The notes below the pieces were generated by a model. It was not told the origin of the DNA and did not search any database. It was given only the letters and a program-made list of their open reading frames with translations. This document shows positions 15,240-25,359 of a stretch of DNA of 32,000 nt, one piece after another. The number at the start of each line of letters is the position of its first letter. The stretch's first letter is position 1. The DNA is from an uncultured bacterium. GTDB taxonomy: Bacteria; Margulisbacteria; WOR-1; CAVSGV01. The stretch lies in the NCBI GenBank assembly GCA_963699255.1, contig OY969425.1, forward strand, positions 1,320,001 through 1,352,000. Reading direction: 5' to 3'. The position numbers and the translations under genes are program-made.

Positions 15240-17751
15240 TCAGGCCTTCTTTTGGAGTTCTTTTTCTTTTCCCTTGAGAGAAGTCGAAGGGTTTTTTTCT
15301 TCCGCGGGACGTTCGGTTTTAACGGAAGGTTTCCCCGAAAATACGGGCTTGCCGTTCTCGATATCCACTTTTATTTTTGTGCCGTAACCGAATTTTCCCA
15401 ACAGTATCTGTTCGGAAAGCGGGTCCTCTATGTTGTCTTCTATCGCGCGTCTCAAGGGTCTTGCGCCAAAATGGGGATCAAACCCTTTATCGACAAGAAA
15501 ATCTTTTACCTTTTTGCTGACCGAGATGGAAAGGCCTTTTTCGATCAAACGCGCGTTGATATCGGATATCATAAGGTCAACGATCTTTGCCAGGTCTTCC
15601 TTTGAGAGAGGCCTGAACACTATCTGCTCGTCAATTCGATTCAAGAACTCCGGCCTGAATTTCTTTTTCATCTCATCAAGGACCTTTTCTTTCATTCTCT
15701 CATAGCCGACCTTCGCTTCGTCTTTCGTAAGGAATCCGATCGAAGTGTCTTTCTTTATGAGGTCGGCCCCTACGTTGGACGTCATTATTATTATCGTATT
15801 CTTGAAATCGATGTGGTGCCCCTGGGCATCGGTCAGGCGACCGTCATCCAGCACCTGCAGGAGGATGTTCGTCACATCCACATGGGCTTTCTCGATCTCA
15901 TCAAGCAGCACCACCGAGTGAGGCCTTCTTCTTACGGGTTCCGCCAGTTGCCCCCCCTCACCGTAACCCACGTAACCGGGAGGCGAGCCTACGAGCCTTG
16001 AAACGGTATGAGACTCAAGATATTCAGACATATCAACTCTCACCACCGCATCCACATCACCGAACATGAATTCGGCAAGACGCTTTGCCAGCTCCGTTTT
16101 GCCAACGCCGGACGGCCCCATGAACAGGAAGGAGCCTGTCGGCCTCTTCGGATCCTTTATCCCCGCCCTTGCCCTGCGGATGGATTTTGCTATTACCTTG
16201 ATCGCCTCTTCCTGACCGATGACCCGCTTGCTCAGGATCTCTTCCATTTTCATCAGCCGTTCGGTCTCTTCTTCGGTAAGCTGTGTAACGGGGACCCCGG
16301 TCCAGCTTGATATAAGCGATGCGATCGCTTCCCTGTTCACCTCGGGGTAGTTCTCTTTAGTGAATCCTTTTATCTTTTTTGATGCGGCTTCGTACTGCAG
16401 ACGGAGGGCTTCTTCCTTGTCCCTCAGCTTCGCGGCCTTTTCAAATTCCTGGTCCTGCGCGGCCAGCTCCTTATCGTGCTTTACCTTTTCGAGTTCACGG
16501 ATTATTTCCACAAGTTCCGGAGGAGCGGAAATGGACTGGAGCATGACGCGCGATGAGGCTTCGTCGATCAGGTCGATCGCCTTATCCGGCAGATGACGTT
16601 CAGAAATATATCTTGCGGAAAGTCTCGCGGCAGAGAGGATGGCTTCGTCCGTTATCTTCACTTTATGAAAATCCTCATATCTGGACCTTAAGCCCTTTAA
16701 TATCTCGATCGTCTGTTCTACCGATGGTTCTTCCACCATGACGGATTGGAACCTTCGTTCAAGAGCGGCATCTGATTCAATGCGCTTCCTGTATTCTTCG
16801 GTAGTGGTCGCCCCTATGCACTGCAGCTCGCCTCTCGCGAGCGCGGGCTTCAGCATGTTCGCGGCATCCATGGCGCCTTCCGCCGCGCCGGCGCCGATGA
16901 TCGTGTGGATCTCATCGATAAAAAGAATGACTTTGCCGGACTTCCTGACCTCTTCCATAACTTTCTTGAGCCTCTCTTCGAAATTCACCGCGGTATTTCG
17001 TCCCGGCTACCATAAGTCCAAGGTCAAGAGAAACCACCCTCTTATCAAGAAGAAGGGGCGGGACGTCACCGGCAACTATTTTCTGTGCGAGACCTTCAAC
17101 GATCGCGGTTTTTCCCACGCCCGCGTCTCCGGTAAGCACAGGATTATTTTTTTTGCGCCTCGAAAGTATCTGTATCACGCGCTCGACTTCCTTTGCTCTT
17201 CCTACGACCGGATCAAGTTTTTTCTCCCTTGCCAGCCAGGCAAGGTCCCTGCTGTATGAATCAAGAACGGGAGTGCCGGATATCTGCGGCCCGCGCCTCT
17301 GGTATACTGATTCCTCCCCGAGCAGGCTTATCACCCTGTTTTTCGCGCTTGAAGCCGTGATGCCGACTTCTGACAGGACTTTTGCCGCGATGCCTGTCCC
17401 TTCCCTTACAAGCCCCAGGAACAGATGTTCAACCCCCACATAGCTGTGGCCAAGCTGCCTGGCTTCTTCCCAGGCGTATTCGATGGTCTTCTTAACTGGA
17501 GCGCTGAACGGGATCTCCGTGACCCCTCTTTGCTCCGTGCTTCCGGCAAGCTCTTCTATTCTTTCCTTGATCTCCAAAGGATTTACCCGGAAATATTCAA
17601 GCGTCTTAATGACTATAGGTTCCGACTTGGCGATCATGCCCAGCAGCAGGTGTTCAGTCCCCACAAAGGCGGCGCCGAGGCGCCTCGCCTCTTCCTGGCT
17701 GGCCATGATCACTCCAACGGCTTTTTCCGTGAACCTTTCGAACATTGCCAT
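15240..17751 (-). CDS. clpC: ATP-dependent Clp protease ATP-binding subunit ClpC; reading frame interrupted at about 16980
   Basis: The N-terminal part (track 16912..17751; [26 protein letters not shown]...) and C-terminal part (track 15240..16988; ...[51 protein letters not shown]...) are contiguous ClpC sequence in different frames. Confidence 0.93.
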
Positions 17752-17840
17752 AGTGATTTCATTCTAACAAAAGGGCACATCGTATGCAAGTTTTGGGCTT
17801 TTTAATGCGATAATATATATGCAGAGGGAGAAGAATATCG

Positions 17841-18113
17841 ATGGAAATACCAAGCATATCAAGCATAACAAGTAAGCCGGTAAGCACCCCTGAAAATTCA
17901 ACTGATCAGGATAAACATTTCAATCTACTCGTAAGTCATGGCAATAACGGCAACGACCCTGTATATGAGCTTTGCAGCACCACCGGAAATATAAGCTCGG
18001 GGCTAATAAGTAATCTCGATGACGCAAAAAACATCATGGCAAACAGCGAGGAAAGATATCATATAGCACAGCAGGATCCAAACCTTCCAAATCATCTAAA
18101 GTTGATCATCTAA
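17841..18113 (+). CDS. Hypothetical protein (90 aa)
   Basis: ORF preceded by AGAGGGAGAAG; no family recognised. Confidence 0.45.
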   Translation: MEIPSISSITSKPVSTPENSTDQDKHFNLLVSHGNNGNDPVYELCSTTGNISSGLISNLDDAKNIMANSEERYHIAQQDPNLPNHLKLII

Positions 18114-18118
18114 AGTTG
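18091..18118 (+). repeat. Perfect 14-bp tandem duplication ATCATCTAAAGTTG x2
   Basis: Direct reading: atcatctaaagttgatcatctaaagttg; spans the end and stop codon of the ORF 17841..18113. Confidence 0.9.
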
Positions 18119-18129
18119 CTTGCGATCGC

Positions 18130-20331
18130 CTAAACTTTCGCTTCTTGAGCTTGCGGAAGAGTGATCAAGAACGTGGTCCCCTTGCCGATCTGCGTTTTAA
18201 CCCTTATTGATCCGTGATGATCCTCTATTATCCTTAGAGTTATCGGAAGCCCCATTCCTGTCCCTCCCACTTCTTTTGTCGTGAAGAAGGGATCGAATAT
18301 CTTTTTCAGGTTCTCATCGGGTATGCCGATGCCCGTATCGGATATTTCCACAAAAACGACCGGTACCGGTTTCACTTCCTCTTCTTCCCCCTCCGAGCCT
18401 GAACGGCCGAGCTTGATCACTTCCCCTACATCGGTCTTTACCGTCAGTTCACCGCCGTTTGACATGGCCTGGATCGCGTTGAGGATGACGTTCACAAAGG
18501 CCTGTGAAAGCTGTCCGGCGTCCGCGGTGACCTTCGGCAGCTCGGCCAGCTTTGTCGTGACCCTGATATTGCTCTTCCTTGTTTCATTGTCAAATAGCGA
18601 CAGGATCTCCTCAAGAAGCTCATTGACATTCACCTGCGTAAGTTCGGGTTTGTGCGGCCTTCCGAACCTGAGCAGGTTCTCAGCGATCTTATTGATCTTG
18701 TCTATCTCCTGAGGAACAACGGTAGAAAATTTCTTCCTGAATTCCTCGTCTTCGAACCTCTGTGGCAGGAGCTGGGTGAATGTCCTTAAGCTGACCAGCG
18801 GGTTCTTTATCTCGTGCGCCATTCCAGCCGCCATCGTGCCCAGTGAAGCGAGCTTCTCCGATGAGACGAGATTTTCCTGGCTCTGCTTAAGGTCCTTTGT
18901 CATATGGTTAAAAGCTTCGGCCAGCTGTCCTATCTCATCGATAGAATTAATCTTTATTTTGTAAGAGAGGTCGCCTTTTCTTACGGCCTGCGTTCCGTTT
19001 ATCAGCTCCTTTATCGGGATCTCGATCGACGAAGTGGCAAAGAATATTCCCACGGAAACGGTCAGGATGATCCCCACGATCACAAAGATCATGGCATTCA
19101 TTGAAACAAGCCTGACCTCGGAATAAGCTTCCCATTTTGGTTCCTCCACTATAATGCCGAGGCTGTACTTCTTTATCGGGGCATAAGCGCCAACAACCGG
19201 TTTGTCATCGGCTTTCTCAAAAAACTCGCTTAGGTATTCATCGCTACCCGCCTCACCCGTAATGACGTTTTGGACCACATCAAGGTTGCTCAGGTCCCTG
19301 CCAACTTCCTTCGGGTCCGGGCCGACAAAAAGCCGTCCATCCTTGGACACTACATAAACATATCTCTTTCCTTTTGTTTCGCTATTGATCAACTGCTGAA
19401 TGTAACCTCTGTCCAACCCGCCCCGGCTTGAAGAAACGTATTCGATCTTATCTGAGAGGCTCCTCGCCAGGATCAGATAATTGTTCTTAATGGCCCTCTG
19501 GAGCGATATCTGGTTCAGATTTACTGTCGCGACTGTGGTGGCTTCCAGAAGTACTATGATTGAAAGCGCAAATATCAATATTAACTTATATAGTATCCTT
19601 GTCCTTAGATATGAAAGCGGGAATTTTGCCACTTCATCCTTGGGTGAAATGATGTTTCCCAGGAGGAATCCAAGAGAAGAACACAAAAACACCGCCCACG
19701 ATCCTGAGAGGTAGAATGGTTCTCCGGTTTTCGCGTAAAAGAAGGATAAAAGAAATGACAAAACCATCAATACCGAAGCTATGCCGGAAACGTTATAAAC
19801 ATTTTTTTCTCCTATTTCCTTGGAGTCCCTTGCGGAGAACAAATATTTGATCCCAAGTATGAGCCAGAGCGTGATCCAGAACAGCTCGGGAGGAAGAGCG
19901 GTAAGAAAGTGAACTCCCGGGTCCATGGCGATCACTTTTATGTTTTCCACAAGGTTCAATGGGGAGCGTATTATCAGGACCATTTCAACAATGCATCCGA
20001 GCAGCAGTACCTGGAAAATAAGGTTGTCCCTGTATCCGAATTTCTCCTTCATGAAAAACGCCAGGAAAAGCGCGCTGGCAACCAGATCGATGGCGATTAT
20101 CCTGTATAGGATCAACCTGACATTTTCGCTCTGATCGAGCGTATAGGCCATTTGTGACAGAATGGTGAGAGCGGTAAAGATTGAAAGTGTTAGGAAGACA
20201 AGGATTAAATAATAATCCTCCCTCTTTTTTTTCTCAAGATACATGATGAAAAAACTGTAGACGCCCGCCAGGGCTATGCCGGTAATGAACACCTGAAGGA
20301 ATATATTGATTATCGCAAAGGTCGAGATCAT
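18130..20331 (-). CDS. Membrane histidine kinase: multi-TM N-terminus, extracytoplasmic Cache-like domain, HAMP, HisKA, HATPase_c
   Basis: H-box GMAHEIKNPLVSL, N-box NVILNAIQAM, G boxes DTGIGIP and GGTGMGLPI, HAMP-like region GDLSYKIKINSIDEIGQLAEAFNHMTKDL, Cache-like YVYVVSKDGRLFVGPDPKEVGRDLSN. Confidence 0.93.
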   Translation of the reverse strand: MISTFAIINIFLQVFITGIALAGVYSFFIMYLEKKKREDYYLILVFLTLSIFTALTILSQMAYTLDQSENVRLILYRIIAIDLVASALFLAFFMKEKFGYRDNLIFQVLLLGCIVEMVLIIRSPLNLVENIKVIAMDPGVHFLTALPPELFWITLWLILGIKYLFSARDSKEIGEKNVYNVSGIASVLMVLSFLLSFFYAKTGEPFYLSGSWAVFLCSSLGFLLGNIISPKDEVAKFPLSYLRTRILYKLILIFALSIIVLLEATTVATVNLNQISLQRAIKNNYLILARSLSDKIEYVSSSRGGLDRGYIQQLINSETKGKRYVYVVSKDGRLFVGPDPKEVGRDLSNLDVVQNVITGEAGSDEYLSEFFEKADDKPVVGAYAPIKKYSLGIIVEEPKWEAYSEVRLVSMNAMIFVIVGIILTVSVGIFFATSSIEIPIKELINGTQAVRKGDLSYKIKINSIDEIGQLAEAFNHMTKDLKQSQENLVSSEKLASLGTMAAGMAHEIKNPLVSLRTFTQLLPQRFEDEEFRKKFSTVVPQEIDKINKIAENLLRFGRPHKPELTQVNVNELLEEILSLFDNETRKSNIRVTTKLAELPKVTADAGQLSQAFVNVILNAIQAMSNGGELTVKTDVGEVIKLGRSGSEGEEEEVKPVPVVFVEISDTGIGIPDENLKKIFDPFFTTKEVGGTGMGLPITLRIIEDHHGSIRVKTQIGKGTTFLITLPQAQEAKV

Positions 20332-21198
20332 TTATTGCACCACCAGTGTAATTTCACCATCGGCGCTGCCGCCAAACACATTGGTCGCGCGAACCGCCAG
20401 TTTTCTGGTACCGGGACCAATGTTCTCGCTCGGAACAACGGATACGGAGAATATCCCGTCACCCGCTTTTACGTCACCATGCGTCCCGTCATCCCACATT
20501 TTAACATTACTTTCAAGTCCGATGCCAGTCAGGTCAACAGTGACTTCTTTTATGTCTTCCTGCCTGCCGGGATTTTCAACTTTTATCGTAAGGAGCACCG
20601 CTTCCTTTCCGTCCGCCTGTAACGACTGCGGTGTTGCAAGCCCCCCGGAAACGATCGGGTTAGCCCGCACTTCTATGTTCGTCCTGCTTATGGCGACCCA
20701 CCCGGATTTATTGGCGACCGCGACAGGAACATCCTTGGTGCCGCTTGCGACACCCCGGCCAACGCTGGTTTGAAGAGTGAAAATGCCGTCATTCGCCATC
20801 ATGTCTCCCCACAATCCATTGTCAACAAGCATCTGGTTGGGGAGTCTGTCTATTTCGCTTAGATCGGCTCTTACGCCTTTAATATTATCAAGCCCGCTTG
20901 GATCGCTCACCTTTGCGGTAATTGAAACGATGGTCCTGTCATCGGGCGGCACATCTGACGGATCCACTTTTATATAACTTATTATCGGAGCGAGGTTGGT
21001 CCTGTTTATTTTCGTGATATCATAGCCAATGCTCCAGTTCAACAGATCGCCGATCTTTTTCTTGAAAAAGTCGGCCGCCGATATTTTTTCAATAACATCC
21101 GCCCGGGTCAATACCTTGTCCTTTCCCTCATCGGCAAAAGCAGGGCTATTGATATTAGCAACGAATATAACAGCAAGTAATAATAAATATTTTTTCAT
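20332..21198 (-). CDS. Secreted protein with Ig-like/choice-of-anchor-X-type beta domains
   Basis: Signal peptide MKKYLLLLAVIFVANINSPAFA; repeated GLWGDMMANDGIFTLQ and KMWDDGTHGDVKAGDGIFSVS motifs. Confidence 0.75.
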   Translation of the reverse strand: MKKYLLLLAVIFVANINSPAFADEGKDKVLTRADVIEKISAADFFKKKIGDLLNWSIGYDITKINRTNLAPIISYIKVDPSDVPPDDRTIVSITAKVSDPSGLDNIKGVRADLSEIDRLPNQMLVDNGLWGDMMANDGIFTLQTSVGRGVASGTKDVPVAVANKSGWVAISRTNIEVRANPIVSGGLATPQSLQADGKEAVLLTIKVENPGRQEDIKEVTVDLTGIGLESNVKMWDDGTHGDVKAGDGIFSVSVVPSENIGPGTRKLAVRATNVFGGSADGEITLVVQ

Positions 21199-22964
21199 TG
21201 TACGATCCCAAACGCCCTGAAGAACGCCTGTCCTTCTTCTTCCTTCACCGGGTCATCCGGCCTGAACCTGCCGTCCGTGCCTCCCTTTATAAGTCCAGCA
21301 TCAAGCGCGGCTTTTATAAAGCGCGCATATTTATGGTCTCGCGGAACGTCAACGAAAACCGACCCCGTGACCTCAGGAACAGCTAATCCCGAGGCTTTTA
21401 CAAGCCAGGAGATCATTTCGCCTCTTGTTATCGGCGCTTCTATCTGGAACTTCGCTTCCGGAGAAACCTCTATGACCCCCAACGTTACAAGGTTCTCTAC
21501 TTTTTCTTTTCTCTCCTCTATCGTTTTCTTTTCACTTAAAAGCTTTTCTTTTTTCTCCTCGTGCTTCGCTTTTTCTTCAGCTAAAGCCTTTTCTTCATTG
21601 GATACATCTGCTCCTTTTTCTTTCTCGGCTTTGAGGTCGCTTTCCCTCTTGGATATTTCCGCATCCTTGTTTATAACCTCTTGAGCGATCTCGTTATCCA
21701 GCGATGCTTCTTCTTCTATTATTATCTTGGGTTTTCTAAAGGCTTTCCTGAAGATCGTTTTCGTCTCATAATTAAGGCTCGCGCCTATTTCTATAAGGTT
21801 CTTTCCTGGGTTCAGCGGCTGTACGGCGTTAAATTGCCCGTCATCCGCAACATAAGCCTGGGCGCCATTGATCAAGACACTTGCTTTTGGTCTTGTCTCT
21901 CCTGATACGATGATATTTTCGTCATATCCGACGTAATCATCGCTCGGGGAATACACTTTCAGGAGCTCTTTAAGTGGTTCTTTCGGCGAAAGCAGAGGTT
22001 TTTCTGCCGGTTTCTCCACTTCGGGCGCCTTGAACAGCACAAACTTGTGGGGAAAGTATGAAAAGGATATGTAAGATACCTGTGACTCTGTCATGGGGTC
22101 CCTTAAGCTTGCCAGATCCACCTCGGCATCTTCAAACTTCATTCCCAAACCGAAAGAAGAACTCGCGACATTGCTGTCGACTAAAAATGTCGAGCTTCCT
22201 CCCAACCTTGCGACAAGCCAGCTGTTGAAGGAATATTCAAGCCCGAAATAACTGTTCGATCTCTGAGTGTCCCCCGCATTCCCGCTCTCGGTATCGAATA
22301 AGGCTTTTAAGCCGACCGTTTCATCGTATAAAATCGCGTTCTTGCCAAGTATATCAATGGCCAACCCGATCCTTGTCGACCTCGGGAATGCCTCATCGCT
22401 TGCCCCCAACTTGAACTCCGTCCCGGAGCAATTTCTCAGCACCACTCCGATGGACGCATAATCGATCGGATTCCACAGAACCCCGGCGTCATAGTCAGAC
22501 CCGCCATTTGAAGTTCTGTCAGCTTGCCCGGGAATGGAGATCCTCTGTGCCAATATGCTTTTGACGGTAAAGCCTACGGAAAGCTTGTCAAAGCCGATAC
22601 CATAACTTACCATAGTAAGGTCATGCTCGTATTTCACTTTTGTGGTATCGTTAATGTTAACCCCGTCGAAATACTTAAAAACGGCTCCGATACCGAAATT
22701 CCCGACGCCGGTTTCATACGCGGCCCCGAATGAAAAGTTTTTGATGTCCTTTGCCGTCAAGGTGATGCCCTTGGCGTTCGCAATCCCCGCTGGATTGTAA
22801 AAGATGCAGTTAATGTCATTTGACGCCCCGGCATAAGCCCCGCCAAGGCTCAGCGGTTTTGCCCCGGAGCTCTGGTCCATAGGGTCTATCCCTATATCCG
22901 TGACCAGTGCATAAGAGCAGGTCGCAAACAGCAAGAATGACAACACTAATAATAATTTCTTCAT
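21195..22964 (-). CDS. PorV/UPF0164-like outer-membrane beta-barrel with C-terminal coiled coil and SLH domain
   Basis: Signal peptide; PSDQSSGAKPLSLGGAYAG-type start DPMDQSSGAKPLSLGGAYAGASNDINCIFYNPAGIA; Glu/Lys-rich coiled coil; SLH-like FVDVPRDHKYARFIKAALDAGLIKGGTDGRFRPDDPV. Confidence 0.82.
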   Translation of the reverse strand: MKKLLLVLSFLLFATCSYALVTDIGIDPMDQSSGAKPLSLGGAYAGASNDINCIFYNPAGIANAKGITLTAKDIKNFSFGAAYETGVGNFGIGAVFKYFDGVNINDTTKVKYEHDLTMVSYGIGFDKLSVGFTVKSILAQRISIPGQADRTSNGGSDYDAGVLWNPIDYASIGVVLRNCSGTEFKLGASDEAFPRSTRIGLAIDILGKNAILYDETVGLKALFDTESGNAGDTQRSNSYFGLEYSFNSWLVARLGGSSTFLVDSNVASSSFGLGMKFEDAEVDLASLRDPMTESQVSYISFSYFPHKFVLFKAPEVEKPAEKPLLSPKEPLKELLKVYSPSDDYVGYDENIIVSGETRPKASVLINGAQAYVADDGQFNAVQPLNPGKNLIEIGASLNYETKTIFRKAFRKPKIIIEEEASLDNEIAQEVINKDAEISKRESDLKAEKEKGADVSNEEKALAEEKAKHEEKKEKLLSEKKTIEERKEKVENLVTLGVIEVSPEAKFQIEAPITRGEMISWLVKASGLAVPEVTGSVFVDVPRDHKYARFIKAALDAGLIKGGTDGRFRPDDPVKEEEGQAFFRAFGIVQ

Positions 22965-24214
22965 TGTTTTCCCTTGGTCACCAGTATCTTAGCATTTGAG
23001 ACCACAGATTTCAGCCCGCTTTTATCCAAAGCTCTTATTGGTATGATCTTTTCCCCCGGTACGGTCTCGGTCGTCATTATAAAGCTGATCTCATACTGCC
23101 CGTTTTGCATCGGGTTCATTTTTGCGTTATTCGGCCCGCCTAAAGAAGTAATATCAGCCCAAACAAGAGATATGTCGGATATTCCCTGGGCATCGGTCAC
23201 CTGAGCGGAAAGCTTTACCGGCGTTTTTCCGTCAGCTTCAAGATTGCTTGGCACTGCGTCGACTTTGACGATCACCGGCTTTGTGCCGATGCCGCAGAAC
23301 TGATAAGGCGTATACCCTTTTTCAAAATCATAAAGCGAAGTTTTAAGCTCTTTTATGTTCGACAGTCTGGAAAGTAGTACCGCGACCTCTCCTCTTGTCA
23401 TGTCCCTTTCAGGTTCGAACCTCCTGACCCTCCCGGGGAGGCCGACGATCCAGCCTTTGCTGTAAGCCGATAATATATAAGGCCCATCCTTTGAACTTGG
23501 CAGCACATCATTAAAAGAGCTGTTTGATATCTTGGATGGAATAAGTTTGTTCGCCTTCGCCACCGCGGCTACCGCGTCGCCTCGGCTGATCTCATCGCTT
23601 GGCCCGAACCTGTCGCCTGTTAATCCTCTCATATAACCCGCGTCCACTACCGCCTTAATATACGGGGCTCTCCAATGCTCCTTTGGCACATCGAAAAAAA
23701 CATCCTCTTTAGGCTTGAATCTTTTTAATTGCTTGGCCCTTGCCAGCCAAGTAGCGAATTCAGCCCTCTCCAACGATTTGCCCGGCTCGAATATATTGTT
23801 CGGATAACCCTCTATTATCCCCAGAGTCAAAAGGGTCAACACCTGCTGTTTTGCCCAGTGGCGCTTTCCCTTGAACAGCTTTTCTATATCATCGCAGGTG
23901 ACTATCCTGAGCACCCTGATCTTTTTTGTCAGTTTCTTCCCACCGGGAAATAAAGCCTTTACCAAAATAACGTTCTTTCCTGGTCTTAAGAGCGCCACCG
24001 CGTTTAACTTTCCGTTACTTCCGAGATCGACTTTCGTTCCGTTCAGGTCCACTTCTTTCGCTCCGGGCGCTTCTCCGACTATAGCGGCTCTTGTAGATAA
24101 TGTTTCCGTTCTATCTTTTGGGGAAGTTATCTCGAGTTTTGGAACAGCGGCGGCGCTGAGTGAAACAAAAACCATCGAAAGGACAAGCGATAGCACAGGC
24201 GTTAATTTAATCAC
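22961..24214 (-). CDS. Secreted SLH-domain protein with Ig-like domains
   Basis: Signal peptide; LTLGIIEGYPNNIFEPGKSLERAEFATWLARA, FFDVPKEHWRAPYIKAVVDAGYMRGLTGDRFGPSDEISRGDAV and WIVGLPGRVRRFEPERDMTRGEVAVLLSRL. Confidence 0.85.
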   Translation of the reverse strand: MIKLTPVLSLVLSMVFVSLSAAAVPKLEITSPKDRTETLSTRAAIVGEAPGAKEVDLNGTKVDLGSNGKLNAVALLRPGKNVILVKALFPGGKKLTKKIRVLRIVTCDDIEKLFKGKRHWAKQQVLTLLTLGIIEGYPNNIFEPGKSLERAEFATWLARAKQLKRFKPKEDVFFDVPKEHWRAPYIKAVVDAGYMRGLTGDRFGPSDEISRGDAVAAVAKANKLIPSKISNSSFNDVLPSSKDGPYILSAYSKGWIVGLPGRVRRFEPERDMTRGEVAVLLSRLSNIKELKTSLYDFEKGYTPYQFCGIGTKPVIVKVDAVPSNLEADGKTPVKLSAQVTDAQGISDISLVWADITSLGGPNNAKMNPMQNGQYEISFIMTTETVPGEKIIPIRALDKSGLKSVVSNAKILVTKGKQ

Positions 24215-24226
24215 GGCAAAATTATA

Positions 24227-25324
24227 TTATACATTGAATCTAAAGTAAACCAGGTCGCCGTCCTTGATAACATACTCTTTGCCTTCCAGATGGATGATGC
24301 CTTTTTCCTTTGCCTTCGCGTGAGATTGCGCGTTGCCCAGGTCGGCATAGTGGATTATCTCAGCCGAAATGAATCCTCTCTGCATATCCGTGTGGACTTT
24401 TCCCGCAGCTTCGGGAGACGTTGCTCCCTTTTTTACGGTCCACGCGCGGCACTCTTTCTCGTTAGCCGTAAAGAAAGTGACCAGGTCAAGCAGCCGGTAT
24501 CCTTCCTTGATTAGCCTGTTCAATCCAAGTTCAGTGAGTCCGATGTCCTTTTCGTATTCCCTTGCTTCATCCTCGGAGAGTTCTTCAATATCCATCTCGA
24601 GCTTGGCGCAGATCGGGATTACCGACACCCCTTCCCCTGCGGCCACTTCATGAACGGCCCTTACCGCCGCGTCATTGGGGTTTACCAGCTGTTTTTCGTC
24701 AACATTGGCGATGTAGATGATCGGTTTCATCGTTAATAGCGGGATGTCCCTGATCTCGTGTTTTTCTTCTTCGGAGATGGAAAGGGTCCTGAGTGGACTC
24801 CCTGCCTCCAGGTGTTTTTTTATCTTTTCTACGACCTCGAGTTCTTTGAGTATCTCCTTTTTGCCGGATTTAATCGAACTTTTAAGCGTCAGCCATCTTT
24901 TTTCGGTCGCGGACATGTCAGCCAGGATAAGCTCGATGTTTATCGTTTCGATGTCGCGCTTGGGATCCACGCTTCCTTCAACATGGGTGATATTCGGGTC
25001 GGAAAAGCACCTTACGACATGGGCGATGGCGTCAACTTCCCTGATGTAAGAAAGGAACTGATTACCGAGCCCTTCCCCCTTATGGGCATTCTTGACCAGA
25101 CCGGCGATATCAACGAATTCAATGGTTGTGGGTATGGCTTTTGCCGATTTCATGAACGACTGGACCGCTTTGAGCCGCTCATCAGGGACAGGGACGATCC
25201 CAATATTCTTGCTTTTGGTGCAGAAAGGATAATTGGAAACTTCCGCCTCTGCGCGTGATATCGCGTTAAAAAGCGTGGATTTGCCCACGTTTGGGAGGCC
25301 GACGATGCCAAGTGAAAAGCCCAT
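24227..25324 (-). CDS. ychF: Redox-regulated/ribosome-associated GTPase-family ATPase YchF
   Basis: [36 protein letters not shown]..., [30 protein letters not shown]-terminal TGS-like [13 protein letters not shown]. Confidence 0.97.
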   Translation of the reverse strand: MGFSLGIVGLPNVGKSTLFNAISRAEAEVSNYPFCTKSKNIGIVPVPDERLKAVQSFMKSAKAIPTTIEFVDIAGLVKNAHKGEGLGNQFLSYIREVDAIAHVVRCFSDPNITHVEGSVDPKRDIETINIELILADMSATEKRWLTLKSSIKSGKKEILKELEVVEKIKKHLEAGSPLRTLSISEEEKHEIRDIPLLTMKPIIYIANVDEKQLVNPNDAAVRAVHEVAAGEGVSVIPICAKLEMDIEELSEDEAREYEKDIGLTELGLNRLIKEGYRLLDLVTFFTANEKECRAWTVKKGATSPEAAGKVHTDMQRGFISAEIIHYADLGNAQSHAKAKEKGIIHLEGKEYVIKDGDLVYFRFNV

Positions 25325-25359
25325 GTATCAAATTATACACCATATAATTTGGCCTAATA

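Noticed and set aside
16738-17259. 173-aa plus-strand ORF spanning the clpC frameshift
   Set aside because: Antisense to clpC; no recognisable protein features.
16912-17751. Possibility that clpC is two genuine overlapping genes
   Set aside because: The junction falls inside the conserved RGEFEERLKK region between the first Walker A and B segments; a split there is not functional and a 1-nt change restores the frame.
24758-25258. 166-aa plus-strand ORF
   Set aside because: Antisense to ychF, which is unambiguous.
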